Positions 48,665 through 62,993 are shown, numbered from the stretch's first letter. The stretch is 64,000 bases of DNA from Tubulanus polymorphus (GCF_964204645.1 NC_134029.1:18098950-18162949), one strand, 5' to 3'. Notes: generated from the letters alone by a model not told the origin. A program made the numbers and translations.

Positions 48665-51484
48665 CGACTATTACGCGAGAATATACGGCGTAATATATAA
48701 TATATAATCTATACTTCCTTGATAGATGGCAGCACCTGTCGGCACATAATTATTCTATTGCTTTGCTTCGGGATGAAGATCGTAATTTTTTTAAAGTAAA
48801 ACATATTAAACAAATAAACTATGTATGAAAATTTGTGTTCAAAACAAATAGTGTCATTCATTTGTCTTTAATTAAAACTGGTGTTAGAAAGCTAATTTTT
48901 CCTTTAATCAAAGGTTTGCTTTGATCTCAGTAGATGAAAGAGATCCAATTAACGGTAATTCTCGAGTGACATGTACTTGAGATAGTTGGTGTTCTTTCTT
49001 GCTCTTTAGTCCATAACATAAGTAATTAGTCTTTAAGAAAAATTTTACGGAGGCTGACTATCTAAATTGATCAATTAGTGTAACTGTGTCCCTATTTTTG
49101 TATAAATACCCCAGCTTTTTCATGATCGACATTCAGAGAAGATCGAAGATTTCTTTGTGTTACACGAACTATATAGGTAGCCTGTATCTAGGTCGCTACT
49201 CCTTACACAACACGTCACGTGAACCGAACTATATGCAGTAAAACTATATACTCTTATTAACATATCTAAGAAATGTACATTATAAGCTTTGTATATAGTA
49301 ATTGACAAAGTATTCGCGACTCCCCTTAACGGAGGAAAATCACTAGAAAACTTCTATTTTTGTGTACATAACATTAAATTGAATTTAAAGACTATATATA
49401 TACATATATTAAAAAGAAAAAAAAAAAAAAAAAAAAAAAAAAACTATTATAACTAATCACTAACAAACTCCTGATAAGGACCGAACCAAATAAAAACGCC
49501 TAAACAGTAATAATTGTCCGTTCTGTATGTACCTTTGCTTGAATCCTTCCACCAGTACCTTCACATCCATACAAATATCACACCACCCACATCCCCCTTA
49601 GTTCATCTCATAATAGTTCAATTCATATATCTATCATCATATCAAGCAATTAATAATGCACCTACGCGTCCTGAATGTAGGAGAGTGGCCACCACTCTCG
49701 AGCATTAAAAACGCGCTCTGCGCGTTTGTCTTTTTTATCTGCTGCTGCTGCTGCTGATCGACATTCAGTATTAAAATGCCGTCTAGAAAGAACAACAAGT
49801 ACACGCAGAATTCAAGTTAAAAGTGATCCAGTATGCAACGTTGACGAACAACAGCGCTGCTGGTAGAGAGTATGGAGTCTTCGAGAAGATAGTCAGAGAT
49901 TGGAGAAAGCTGGAGAAGAAGATCGCTGCAATGCCCAAGAAAAAATGCTCAGACAGAGGGATGGTCTGCAAGTTTCCGGAGCTAGAAAAAAAAGTAGCTC
50001 GATGGGTAGAAGAAAATCGTCTTTCTGGTCACGTAATAACGAGAGGGCTGATCAGAATACATGCGCTGAATTTGGCGAAGAAAGATGAAATCGCGGATTT
50101 CAAGGCCAGTGTCGGCTGGTGTTCACGCTTCATGAGACGTCATGACTTCGTCCTCCGTCAGAAGACGAAGATAGCCCAACGCCTACCAGATGAACTCGAA
50201 AATAAAATCACTGAATTTCATCGATTCGTTATTCGTCATCGTGATAAAAATAGCTACAGGCTAGCGTGCATTGGAAACATGGATGAAACGCCGATGAACT
50301 TTGATATGCCGATGAACCGAAGAATAAATAAAATCGGCGAAAAAACCATCTTCGTCTGGACGACCGGTCACGAAAAAAACAGATTTACGGTTGTTCTCGC
50401 ATGTATGGCAGATGGAACTAAATTAAAGCAAATGGTTATTTTTAAAAGGAAAACGATTCCGAAAGAAAAATTTCCTAAGGGACTTAAAGTCCATGTTCAC
50501 CCGAATGGGTGGATGGACGAAAACGGATGTATAAAGTGGTTGAACGAAGTGTGGGCTTTATGACCGGGTGGACTGCTTAAAGAAAAAAGTCTACTCGTTT
50601 GGGATCAATTTAAAAGTCATTTGTGCGATAAAGTAGTTTCGAAAGTGTGCTCTCAAAGTACCGATATAGCCGTTATCCCTGGTGGACTCACTAGTGTTTT
50701 ACAACCCCTGCATGTTTGTTTGAACAAGCCGTTCAAAGACGCAATTCGAAAGCAGTGGAATAAATGGATGATGGAGGGTGAAAAGTCGTATACGAAACGA
50801 GGCAATATGCGTGCACCCTCCTTACCGGTCATGTGTAAATGGGTCGTTGATGCCTGGAACGAACTAGACATCAAAATCGTTCAAAATTCGTTCAAAAAAT
50901 GTGGCATATCCAATGCATTAGACGGTTCAGATTAATAGACAGAACTGTTTATTGTGCTCGTTTAGTGCTATAGTTGTTCAGTGTGTGCTTAGTGTGTTTT
51001 GATAAGGAGAACAATATACCATATGCCAGGCCGTAATTACCGGTATTGTGTTACTGTGAATAGACTTAATCTGTGTCTATTGATTGTTTACCTAATAACA
51101 GCCAATTATTAATTTGATATCATGTGCAAAATAATGAAGTTATATATAAAATAAAATGTACGAAATTGAGTGAAAAAGTTTTTATTTTTATTTTCATGAA
51201 GTTGACATCTAGTCTGCATCTCACTTGAATACCGGTAGATGGCAGAAGCTATCGTTAGTGAATGCTTCTTGTATTCTTCTGATCTTCTTTTTCATTTACC
51301 TAGACCTACCTTCAGACCCTGTAATTAAGTCCTTACTTCCAGTAATAAATATATTGGATTGAATTGGTCGACTGCCGCGGATATTTTTATGACTCGAAAA
51401 GTATAACTCGTGTAAAAGTCGACCCCGGAAAATATACCTGATTTTTGAGGTCTAGAAATTCGACTATTACGCGAGAATACACGG
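48665..51484 (+). mobile_element. pogo-family (Brinker-HTH/CENP-B/DDE_1) DNA transposon, decayed
   Basis: ORF from about 49775 (KYTAEFKLKVI..., IGNMDETP, GWMDE, VIPGGLTSVLQPL.V.LNKPFK); right end CGACTATTACGCGAGAATACACGG|TA, with the same motif at 48665. Confidence 0.9.
49137..49754 (+). mobile_element. 5'-truncated non-LTR insertion with a (TGC)n tail and 14-bp TSD, inside the pogo element
   Basis: TGATCGACATTCAG at 49123-49136 and 49755-49768. Confidence 0.85.
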
Positions 51485-51822
51485 TAGTGAAAAGATGATG
51501 AAAAGATAGTGAAATAATGAAAAAGATAGTGAAATAATGATAAAAAGATGAAACGATGGAAAGGTGAAACAATGAAAAGGTTAAACAATGATAAGGTGAA
51601 AAGATGAAAAGACGTTGGAAGATGATAAGTAAAAAGGTTATTATGCACCAGCTATAGTAGTTTACTGTGGTGTTAGAGACACAACGTTCAAGGTCGTTGT
51701 GATAATTGGAATCTTACAGTCGAATCTTAACTAGCGTTGCATTCATTGCATTGCTTGATTAGATGCGATACAGTGTAAATATTATTGCATTTTTATATTA
51801 CATCGTAAAATTAGGATAACGG

Positions 51823-52683
51823 ATGACAGAAATTGAAGTTTATAGACACATTTTTGACCGGCTGAAATATGTGTTGGGTGAAATTGAAAGAGAAGCCATA
51901 AACGAGAGAACTCTCTATAAGTTAGATAGACTTTACAGAGACATGTTTGAGTGCGAGTGCCATGAACTAGAAACAATAGCATATGATATTGCCCATGCGT
52001 ATAGTATCATTCAACGTTTGTGGTATCAGCCAACAAGTTCAGACACATCGGTGTCTCAAAGTCATCACTATCAAGCTCTATTGAATAGGCTACCTGGGGC
52101 CGGGCGCCCAAGATTTGATATATCTAAGGAACAACATGAATTTTTCCTGGGTAAGTTTTAAAAATGATTAATTTCAGCCTTGCATATTGGCTCAAGTCAT
52201 GTTACTGTAGGCCTACTTTCAAACTTTTATTAGATAATTTAAGATACCAGGCAAAGCATCTTTCTTTTGATGCTTGTTTTTGTCAATAGTTAGAAGGAAA
52301 TACATGTTTCAGTTGTTTAACGTTATGTAACTTTTTACAGAAAATAATTTCAGGATACCAGATATTGCAGAAATGTTATCTGTTAGTAAAAGGACGGTAG
52401 AAAATCGTTTAAGAGAATATCACATGAAAGTTCGAGATTACTTGCGTCATCACAGATGATCATCTAGATAGTCGGGTTGCGTACTATATGCAGCTATTCC
52501 CTAATGCTGGTAAATCTTTTTCCTGGATTCTTTAAGCTAACACCACCAATAAAAATGCACCAAGCATCATAATAGTGGTATTGCGTGCACTCTCTATATT
52601 TTTAAGGATGGCGTAGCATTTTAGCCATTCTCTCATCAGAGGGCAGAAGGATTCAACGTGATCGCGTAAGAGAATCAATGTGA
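51823..52683 (+). pseudogene. N-terminal exons of an integrase-type (IS3EU-like) transposase
   Basis: GRPRFDISKEQ..F|intron|F.IPDIAEMLSVSKRTVENRLREY...FPNAG|intron|..L.SEGRRIQRDRVRESM. Confidence 0.65.
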
Positions 52684-52949
52684 ATCAAATAGTAATAGTG
52701 ATAAAAAGGCTCAACGAAACTCTGGAGGGGTAATAGAGTTATGCAAAGAGAAACTTAGAGGATATGTCAAAGTCTGTTGCAATTGTTCGATACCTCAACT
52801 TGGTGCAAGGGTGGGTAAAAGCTAAATCGAACTCGAGCGCATAAGTCAAAGCTAAGCCTACGTAGTCAAGCATAGTCGAGACCCAAACCGTTCAAACAGA
52901 ATTTTGTGCTGCTTGTATCTGTAATAACTTAAAACTCTTAAAAACGCCT

Positions 52950-54305
52950 ATAACAGTAAGGACAGGATGAGCTAAGCCTAGGAACGTACGCTGCCTGTAT
53001 CTATGCACTTAAGCGTTGGGAAACCACTAGCCGAAGCCAGATCAAAACCCGAAGCCTCAGAGCCAGAACTCAACAACTCACAGACCAAGTCGGGCGCTCG
53101 GAAGAAAGTTGGGTCGAGTGTGGGCGGAATACCATCGCATAAAACAGGGCATAAAGCGCATGAAGAGACAGGACAGGTGACCTCTGAGCTAAGACGAAAG
53201 TGCGCCAGCACAAACTCATCGAGGCGAAGAAAGATCTGAAAAAGGTGGGAAACAGCACTCGAGCAGAGGGGACCCAGGTCCCAACGGGATCCAAAACTAC
53301 TGGTGGAAGAAACTCCAGGATCCTCTAAAGCAAGTAGTGGAGGGTGTCCTTAGGGACCACCTCACAGTTAACGATGTCTTCTGTGGTGGCCGGATGGCGA
53401 CGTTCCACAAGAAGGGGGATGAGGCCAATCCTGCAAACTACCGACCAATTGTCTGCTTGAACACGATGTACAAGATTACCACTGGAGTAATGGCGAAGTG
53501 GATCACAAATCATTCAATTGCGACGGGCATTCTACCGGAAGAGCAGAGGGCTTGACTGTTTGCTGATGGACAAGTCTAACCTAAAGCAAGCAAAGCATCT
53601 CCACAAGACCCTTTCGGTGGTCTGGATTGATTACAAAAGGCCTATGACAAGGTCCCACATGACCTAGTCACACACGCAGTAGAAACAATCGGCGCACCTC
53701 AATGGTTTAAAGAACCCCTTAGCAAGATCATGAGACACTGGAACATAGTGTTTGAGCAATTGGGCAAGGACGGGTTCGAGTGTAGTGAGCGGCTACACCT
53801 ATGGTGGGGTTACTCCAGGGCGACCCCCTAAGTCCGATACTTTTCTGCATTGCCAGTGCGCCTATCTCAATGCAATAGATGAGCATACAGCCGGGTTCAA
53901 GACTAAGGACAGAGCAAGCTTGACCCATTTTGCATACATGGATGACATCAAGCTTGTTCAGCCTAACGAATCCATGCTGCACTTGGCAGCCAGGGATTCT
54001 GGAGAAGCTTCGACAGCTTGCGGTATGGAACTATGGTACGAGAAGTGTAGAGAGGCACACATGGACCGTAAGGGTGGAGTGAAGACGGATGGGGCAGCAG
54101 ACGTGCCACTGCCAGTGTACAAAAAAGGGAGCACGTAAACCTATCTGGGGGCACCCCAGTTACACGAAACCTGCATGGGTGATCTGAAAACGAAAGTCAA
54201 AGACCACCTATGCGCCTAGGCGAAGAAAATTTGGGGATCAACGCTCAGTTCCAGCCAGAAAAAGACCACGCCCAATGCCGTGTGTATAGGTGCCTTAAGG
54301 TACAA
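52950..54305 (+). pseudogene. Non-LTR retrotransposon RT (R4/Dong-like, RLE group), decayed
   Basis: KKGDEANPANYRPIVCLNTMYK, ILPEEQ, WIDY.KAYDKVPH, LQGDPLSP.LFCIA, HFAYMDDIKL. Confidence 0.85.
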
Positions 54306-56516
54306 TTGAAATTTCTCGTAGAGATGACGCCCCCCATTCAAGGTCATTGCAATTTTATACGCAAGAGCTAAGAATTTTCCCGCCAAAAAACAGTTTTTTG
54401 TCGAATTTTGACAAAGTTGACCATGTCATCAACGGAGGTTTGTCTTCAATCGCATCGATTATACGTCGTTTAACCCGAGAACCAATGAAAAAAATGCTCA
54501 CATAAAAAAAAGTACCGCGATTTTACATGAATTGGCAATGCCAAGCTCATACCGCTGACAAAGGTAAACCAAAAAACTAATTAAGGCCTAACAGTCGATT
54601 TTCCTAAGTCAGATAACCATCTGATCCAGTCATCCATGGTTTGAAGTAGCGCCTTATTGATTGATTGTAGACCTTCCTTTTATAAACTAAGCTGCATTGA
54701 CCGTTGACCGTTGACCAGGTTTCTATATTCCCATCAATTTCAATAGCATGGTGCGACTGGGTCAGCATACACGCGATCATGGTCGACACAGTACCCAGAC
54801 TAGATCAAGAATACTAACAAGGCTGTGCAGAAAACCCGTTGTTGCTGCTTTGCAGCTTTATTTTGAAAATGTTATTTATGTGTAATTTCTAAACCAATTT
54901 CTGATTTTATTTTGATGATAAACAAATGTGGTCTATGGGAGAAATACAAAACGGACATAAACACATTCTTCCATGACGTAATGATTCCAAACATAATCAG
55001 ATCGCAATGTGCGATGAGTCAAACAAAGGTAAGCTATCTTAAACAGGCTTGTTGAGATTTTTTAATATTGCTAATAATGCTAACATTTGTTTGGTATCCA
55101 GGGAGATGATTGAGGTCCATGAGCTCATGATTTCAAACCGTCAAATGAATCGAGCAATGAGTGGAGTAATTATCTAGTGGAAAAGCCTCCTCGTTTCTTA
55201 AAAAAGATGAATCCTCTGGTAGAAACTTTCTGTTAATTGATAATTCGTGATATTCGTTAGGTAATTTATGATTATTTCTTAAAATAAACCACTACTATAT
55301 ACTAAGAGGAGAGAGTTAGGTGATGGGCTAAAAACATATATGGATGAAAATCCAATTTCTTCGGTAAGCATTCAGTAAAATGTCATATACGATGAATAAT
55401 GAACTTTCTACATCCTCAGTGTCAGGCTATTAGACTGAGAATTTTTCAAGTCTTCATGAATGCGTTTAATTTACACAATGTTTAAGTTAAATTGTAAGTG
55501 TAACTTCATTATGTAGGTCCTATCAACGTTGAAAATTTCTCTCTACGACAAAAGACCGATATGCGAGAGGAATGCTTCTGTGGTTGAAGCATTCCCTGAA
55601 AGAATAATCGAAATGGCGAAGGAGCTTGGTAGGAGCTTTGACAAATGCAACATCCCACGCCGGTTTGCCATGAAGGAAGATGGGGTAAGACCTTTATCCA
55701 CAAATATCCCAATTTTCTCTCCATTGATTGAGAAGTTTCGCCGGAACTGTGAATTGCTCATATTATATAACAATGAGCAGGTTCACATCAAAACCACTAA
55801 AAGTCATGGGAAACAGCATGGTAGCTTAAAGTATTGTTGCAGTTTGGGTGTGAACATGTCTTACTGACAGAAAGAGGATGAGTATTGATCTGGAAAGCAG
55901 AGAGAAGTTTTAGTATTAACTAGAATTATTGGGATACCATTCACATTATGTTACATTTTGAGAAAACTCTTTCACTAGAATTCTTTTGTTGGCTTCCATC
56001 ACCTTATTTATAGGTATGATCATTACTATTTCACTGAGCATTGCAGTTATACTGAACTTCCCTTGACTTGTCGAATATGACAATAGATACATGTGCATTG
56101 AACAATGCTTAGTTAAGTCTTTTGGGTTGCTTCTTTAGTTGACAAGGATTTTGGAGAAAATACCTTGCTTTTAGTAAGGGAAAGTATATATGAAACATTT
56201 CCATGATTTTGAATGGTCATGTAGCCAGAAATTCAAAATGTGGAATCTTTTTACTTTCATCAAAGGTGTTATGGTGTTTTTTTTTAAATTGTAGCATCCA
56301 AGCAGTTCAACCACAAAATGTAGTGTTATATTTATCAGCAATTTCACAATAGATGTACAAAATTCATTGAAAAATCTAATTAGTGCAACGAATTGGGAAA
56401 TAACACGAACCATATCAAGTGAAAAATAACTTTTTCTGAAAAGGATATTAATGAATTATTTTTTCCTAGGTGATTTATTTAGAAACCTATGATTACTATA
56501 CAAAATGTCCTAAAGC

Positions 56517-57420
56517 CATTCAGATATTTGGTATAAAATGATGACATGTTCTCTTTTAGGAGTAAAACACACTGACACTGACAATCCAAAAAAGCACTGT
56601 AGTACGAGATGCAGTGACGACACACAGAGTGATACCGCAGCATCTCTAACAAGTGCGGTTACCTAATTCTTAATGCTTTTCTCAATAAGTATTTCGCATT
56701 AACAAATCCCCGCATCACACGATGAATGATTACGGATACAACATACAAAATCTTGATCCTGCTGAAATGTCCATGGTTCAAACGGTGCCATAACTCAGAA
56801 CCGCATTCAAATGTTTGGTAGAAAATGATATGACATGTTTTCTTTTAAGAGTGAAACACACCGACACTGGCAATCAAAGAAGTCACAGTAGCATGAGTTG
56901 CAGCGATGACACACAGAGTGATACTGCAGCATCTCTAACAAGTGTGTTACCTAATTCTTAATGCTTTTCTCAATTTCAAGTATTTCGCATTTCCAAATCC
57001 CCGCATCACACAATGAATGATTACGGATACAACATACAAAATCTTGATCCTGCTGAAATGTCCATGGTTCTAACGGTGCCATAACTTAGCATCGCATTCA
57101 AATATTTGGTATAAAATGATATGACATGTTTTCTTTTAGGAGTGAAACACACCGACACTGGCAATCAAAGAAGTCACAGTAGCATGAGTTGCAGCGATGA
57201 CACACAGAGTGATACTGCAGCATTTCTAACAAGTGTGTTACCTAATTCTTAATGCTTTTCTCAATTAGTATTTCGCATTTCCAAATCCCCGCATCACACG
57301 ATGAATGATTACGGATACAACATACAAAATCTTGATCCTGCTGAAATGTCCATGGTTCAAACGGTGCCATAACTCAGAACCGCATTCAAATATTTGGTAT
57401 AAAATGATATGACATGTTTT
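56517..57420. repeat. Tandem repeat, ~290-bp unit, about 3.1 copies
   Basis: CATTCAAATATTTGGTATAAAATGATATGACATG-like motif at about 56517, 56804, 57095 and 57383. Confidence 0.9.
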
Positions 57421-57431
57421 CATGATATGAC

Positions 57432-57790
57432 ATGATGCATCTGGGGTAGGGCTTGGGTGTGTGTTGTCCCAGATCCAGGACAGCATCGAATGAGTCATCG
57501 CGTACGGGAGTCGAACGTTATCTATGCAAGAACTGAATTGCTGCGTGACCCGGTGGGAATTGCATGTGGTGATAACATATATCAAGCTTTTCTGTCATTG
57601 CCTGCTAGGCACTAGGTTTCTACTCTGACCACGGCTTGTTACGGCGGTTGATGTCGTTCAATGAACCTGAAGGTCAGACGGCACGATGGATAACGGCACT
57701 GACTGATTATGACTTCGCAATACAGCATCGATCTGGGAGGAGCCACAAAAATGCAGATGCTCTCTCTCTCGGAGGCAATGTACCAAATGT
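57432..57790 (+). pseudogene. Second Ty3/gypsy RNase H fragment (different family)
   Basis: DASGVGLGCVLSQIQD..E.VIAYGSRTLS...EPEGQTARWITALTDYDFAIQHRSGRSHKNADALS, read manually. Confidence 0.85.
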
Positions 57791-58608
57791 TTAGCTACTT
57801 CAAAGAATGGAGAAGCCTCTGAGTAGCCCGTGGTGAAAGGGCCGGGCCCTCTATCCGCAAAACATCCGTTGGAGTTTACTTACCCCTGCGAAGTTAACTT
57901 ACCCCTCATCCATGAAATAGGCCCCGACAGCTGAGGAATATAGAAAATATTGAGTTTTCAGACGAAGAGGTCCCTGCAAAAGCCCGGAAGACCTCTGAAG
58001 ATACCAACGTTGCAGTCAGGACTAGCCAGGAGCCACCGTTCCCTGACATCTCACAGAAGATCCCAGTCATTGCGTCTACATTCGGGACATTTCTCAAACA
58101 TGAGTTGCAATAAACAATAGGGCCAGTCTTGTACAACGAAGAAGCATGTACATTCGAGGTTTCTATTAATAGAAAATCTATCAATAGAAATCACCCACCA
58201 GTCAACCCACAGTGTCAGTTCTGCGCAGACTGCCGTTGCCTGTGGCAGGTCTGCCATTTAAACCAGTTAGAAGGTTGGCCAGTGTGAAACTCATCGGGAC
58301 TGAAGTGGTAGAGGAGTTTAGGACTCTTGAAGATCTACAGTGCTGCCTGTGTGAAATTTGCAAGGAACCTGAGAACCAGGAGCAACCGTCGACCGAATGA
58401 ACAATTTTCTGCCTTTGTTTTATATTTACCTCGATAGATTCGAAGCTGGGAGAGGGTATTGTGGCGAAAATTGTCGGGAAGCGACTACGTCATTTCAGGT
58501 CGACGATACCAGCTGTTTGTGCATATAGTTTTCAGCTCAGGCCGTGTTCCGCTGTACGAGTCAGCGTGGTTCGAGCCCCGTCCGGATTGTAATAGTTTAT
58601 GTGTATTA

Positions 58609-59195
58609 CCGTAAAAACCGGCGTATAAGTCTACGCGGCGTATAAGTCGAGGTCGATTTTTAGACCTACATTTCATGATTTTAACATATATCCGGCTTAT
58701 AAGTCGAGTCCCTTCTCTTAGAAGAATAATTACTAGTATCATTGTATTGAATAGTTTGTTTTGATAACGATGTGTGCCTTCACGCTCACCGCCACGCGTC
58801 AGCCTGATTGCTGCTGTGTGTTAATCAATAGACTGTTACACACACTCAGGTATAATACACTACCATACAGTGATACAGTAGTGTGAGTCACACGCTATAT
58901 ATAGCCTAATGTATTAAGCGCTGGTATGAGCGCGCATATATGAATACATCGTTTTAAATGAGTGTCAAAATGAAAGAAGTTTTTTTCTCATTAAATAACT
59001 TTATTTATCATGAATAATTATTCAAACTGTTATAGCAGTAAGAAGATGAACACTGTCTTTTTTGTCTGGTAGAATCAATATTTCTTGTGACCTGAAAATA
59101 CTTCGTAGAAAACTGTACTCGGCGTATAAGTCGAGGTCAATAATTTAGTGGTAAAATCAAGGGTTAAAAACTCGACTTATACGCGGTTTTTACGG
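58609..59195. mobile_element. pogo/Tc1-type MITE with TA TSD
   Basis: TA|CCGTAAAAACCGGCGTATAAGTC ... GACTTATACGCGGTTTTTACGG|TA; internal GTATAAGTCGAG repeats. Confidence 0.9.
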
Positions 59196-59705
59196 TATAT
59201 ATATGGCAGTGTACACACCACAGATAGAGTAACAGGCCAGATGGAAGCAGTTGACTGAAACGGTTATAGAGATAAGCGGATCATCTGAAAGGCATACTGT
59301 TCCAACGTTTAGGAAAACGACCTATCATACACATATTAACTCATTAGCACTCAGGAATTGCACTATGTAGTGTCAATTACTCCTCAAAAAATTCAAGGTA
59401 AAATCTAAGTTCATCACAATACCAAATAGCTCTTTTTGGCCCCCCGAAATTCATCCAAACTTACTTGGATTTGAGGTCAGCGCTCAGATGTGTGTCATGT
59501 TCAAACTCAAAATACTCAAGGAAATTGAAATAGGAGGATGTTGATTTCTGTTTGGTATTTCGAGGACTTAGGTGTGTAGTGCATCATAAGCTATTGTGTT
59601 CGAATCCCACTATAACCGTTTTCGTGCAGCATACGAAAAAAGTGCCGTGGCGGATTCGGGGGCTTGAGGAGTAACCGGCAGGGCAGCTTGAGTGCTAATG
59701 GGTTA

Positions 59706-60200
59706 ATAGGTATAGAGAACATTGAACTACATTATTCGTACAGATATACGCGGAAGACCGAAAGAGCCAGTGGCAAAATTAACACCACTTGGGTGGATTT
59801 GTATTAGTTGTCCATCAAGAAACCCAGATGGAACAACGGATGTTCAAATGAACTTTGTAAGTACATACTTCAGCAAAGCCGATCAAGAACTTAGCTTATC
59901 AGTTGAGAAATAAGGAACTTGGGGTCAACGAAAGAAATCTTTAAGCCAAGAAGATCGTCAGGCGCTCAAGATAGTAGAAGTGTCGCTGACATACCAAGAA
60001 GGGCGTTATTAAGTAGCAGTACCATGGAAGGGTGAAGTGAGAAGACTTTAAAACTACCAGGCTGCACTTAAACGCCTCGAGAACACAGAAAATTGATTGA
60101 GAAGAAATCCAGAAATAGCAGATTCAGATAGTAAGACGATCCAGAAATACATCAGAGAAGAAATACATACAGAAGATACCAAAATGAGAAGACACCCATG
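59706..60200 (+). pseudogene. BEL/Pao pol fragment (protease-RT linker)
   Basis: EPVAKLTPLGWIC, LSQEDRQAL.I....GRY.VAVPWK, NYQAALKRL..TE..LRRNP. Confidence 0.8.
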
Positions 60201-60453
60201 GAGGTCATTGGTATTCACAGCAAAATGTGTGCCATATCACCAGTAACGTGATAAACCTCAAAACAAAAGATGGCAGATTTCCCAGTATAGTGTTTAGCGA
60301 TCGACAAGCCACCATTTGCCAACACTGGAAACGATAATTACATGCCGTTCCGTTAAGGAGTAATCCTTGCAAGATTTGGTCCAAGGACCTTTGGATTCGG
60401 GCCGATAAGGCTCGGAAGCTAAGTGATCGTTGTCGAGTTAATAGTACCATTAA

Positions 60454-61497
60454 CCCCTTGACCGCCTGTACCGATATAGTCGGTATCACCGTTTCTCCCC
60501 GGAATGTCGGTACCGATATTGTCGGTATTTATGTATATGGGATTTGACCTGCCTTTGCAAGGTCTACTGTGTATCGAGTAACATTACGCATATATAGGTA
60601 CCGTAGTAAACATTCACGTACTTGAAATGGAAGCAATTTCATGAATTTGCTGGTGTTTTGATGACAAGGGATACAATCTATGTGTATGAGTGAGATTCTC
60701 ATGGCTAATCGTAGACCTAAACGGTATGATCTTGCAGCTGTTGTTGATCAAATCTGCAGCTAAGGGTCGCCCAAGAGCGTCAAATGATGTCCCCATCCGC
60801 TTTAGTGGAAAACACTTCCCAGCTCTGAATCCTCCTACTGGAAACAGACAAGTTGCGTTTCGTGTCTGTCGAATCTGCTCAGAACGTGATCGCGAAAATG
60901 GGGCTTCAGGAACACGGAAACGTGTTGAAACGAAATACAGGTGTGTTGCCTGTGGAAATGTGCCTCTTTGTGCTGCACCCTGTTTTGAACAATGGCATAC
61001 TTTATAAACTGGATACAACTGCATATGAACTGTGACAATTGATATTTGTGTTTTTCCATGAAATTTCACTAAACGGATATTTTCAGGTAAAAGAGCCTTT
61101 ATTCATTTATTTGGAGATCTAATCACACAGAAATGGTTGTATATTGTAGGTAACATTCATATCTATCATTCAGGCACACACAAAACTGTTTCTGCACTTT
61201 TTATATGCAAAATTTTATTTCAGAAGGAGGTGTGTATATGAAATTTTGATGGCGGCCATATTGATGACGTCATAATGACATCATCATGAACAACCAAGTA
61301 TCTTAAAAAGTATTTTAATGGGCTTGAATAGATAGCTCTGAATGTTACCTTTTCAAATATATATGGTTTATAGCAGTTTAATTGAGAAATAAGTGACTGG
61401 AAGGCAATTTTCAACTTTTGGGTCACGACATAAAAATCCCCCCAAAATAAGTGGCGTACGGGTATATTTATTATAAAAATAAGTGGCGGTCAAGGGG
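60454..61497 (+). mobile_element. Non-autonomous piggyBac element retaining the C-terminal Cys-rich domain
   Basis: TTAA|CCCCTTGACCGCC ... GGCGGTCAAGGGG|TTAA; HFP...CRICS...RVETKYRCVACGNVPLCAAPCFEQWHT. Confidence 0.95.
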
Positions 61498-61501
61498 TTA
61501 A

Positions 61502-62141
61502 ACCATAGGAAAGGGTACAGTATTCGAAGGAAATACATGATCAGGAAGGAATATACCTCCAGCTTGTAAGAGAACCGGCAACAGGAGATGTAATGGCCTA
61601 CCAGAATGTCTCTGTGTGACAGCAGATCGATTTGTGCAGATACAGGATAGAATAGCCCCTTAGATCGAAAAAGAAGACACCAATTTTCATAAGGCAGTTA
61701 CCGTTGATGAAAGACTGGCAGTAGCACTGAGATTTCTAGCAGCCGGTAGTTATTTCACTGTACATTGTACTATACTTTATTTTACTTGGAAAAACACATT
61801 GTATCAAAAATTTATCCAATTTTCAAATGCAAATATATAATCTTACAGTTTAAGTTCATACCCGAGTATGTAGTGTATATAACTCATATCACTCATAAAC
61901 GAATACCCGGTACATGGAAAATTACAAATGGCAAATGCAAATTTAAAAAAAACTCTTAATACAAAAATATCTTTGCAGGTGAATCGTACAAATAAATCTC
62001 TATCATAAGCTTTCAGACTGGGTGCAACAACCATAGGTGAAATAATTCCGGATGCATGTGACGCAATTAACGCAAGCATGAAAGACGAATTTATGAAGGT
62101 GAATAGCAAATAAAGGAGCTTTACCTGGTTAAAATAAATTC
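61502..62141 (+). pseudogene. Harbinger transposase fragment, duplicate of 45533-46183 (further diverged piece at about 62715-62800)
   Basis: Collinear nucleotide identity. Confidence 0.85.
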
Positions 62142-62993
62142 TGCATTGCCTTCCATGATGACTTAATTGTTTTTTTTTTTCAGAGTCAACTAAAGACCAA
62201 ATTTAACATTCGGAGAACATTTTTTCGATAGGAGAGCAGCACCATCCCACCTAGGATAAGTACTTTATTCAGATGAGAAGTTACTTATGTTGGCCACATT
62301 ATTTAAATTGTAGATGGAGTAGTACAAGTTCAAGTGATGAATGAGAAATGTAGCGCAATTAGAAACATGAAAATTTCCAAGAATCCGAAAGAAGTCAGCA
62401 GATTCATTGGAACCATAAATATCTGGCGATATTCTTACCAAAGTTCCAGTCTCTATTGAAACTGTTGAAATAATCAATATCTAAGAAAGAAGTTACAGAG
62501 AGACAATCGATAGAGATCTATTCACAAGTTAAAGCAGCCATGCTTAAATTGATCAGCTAACTTCAGCACTAATATCATGCTAAGTATCAACTTTTGCAAG
62601 CAATGAAATGTCTGAATCCGAAAGAAATTGTTGAAAATCTGGTTGTAATTCTATCATTTCAATAAAGTGCTTTTAAGTACTTATTGACTCAAAGAAAGTG
62701 AATGAGAAATAATTCCAGCGACATGTGATGCAATTGGTGCAAGCATGAAAGACAAATTTATGAAGGTAACTACCAAATAAAGGAGCTTTACCTGGTAAAC
62801 ATTAATTTTGTATTGTTATCTTGTATCCATGATGACTTTATTGATTTTAACTAAATCAACCAAATGAAACACTTCTTGTTCAACTTCAGAGACGCACCAT
62901 CTCACCTAAGGTATGTAGGTTAGATGTGATATGAAGTTAGTTATGTTGGACATTTTATTTCAATTGTAGATAAAGTAGTATAAGTTCAAGTAA

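Noticed and set aside
54310-56500. ORF 55529-55867 and surrounding AT-rich DNA as a host gene
   Set aside because: No motif recognised and no consistent exon chain; left unannotated.
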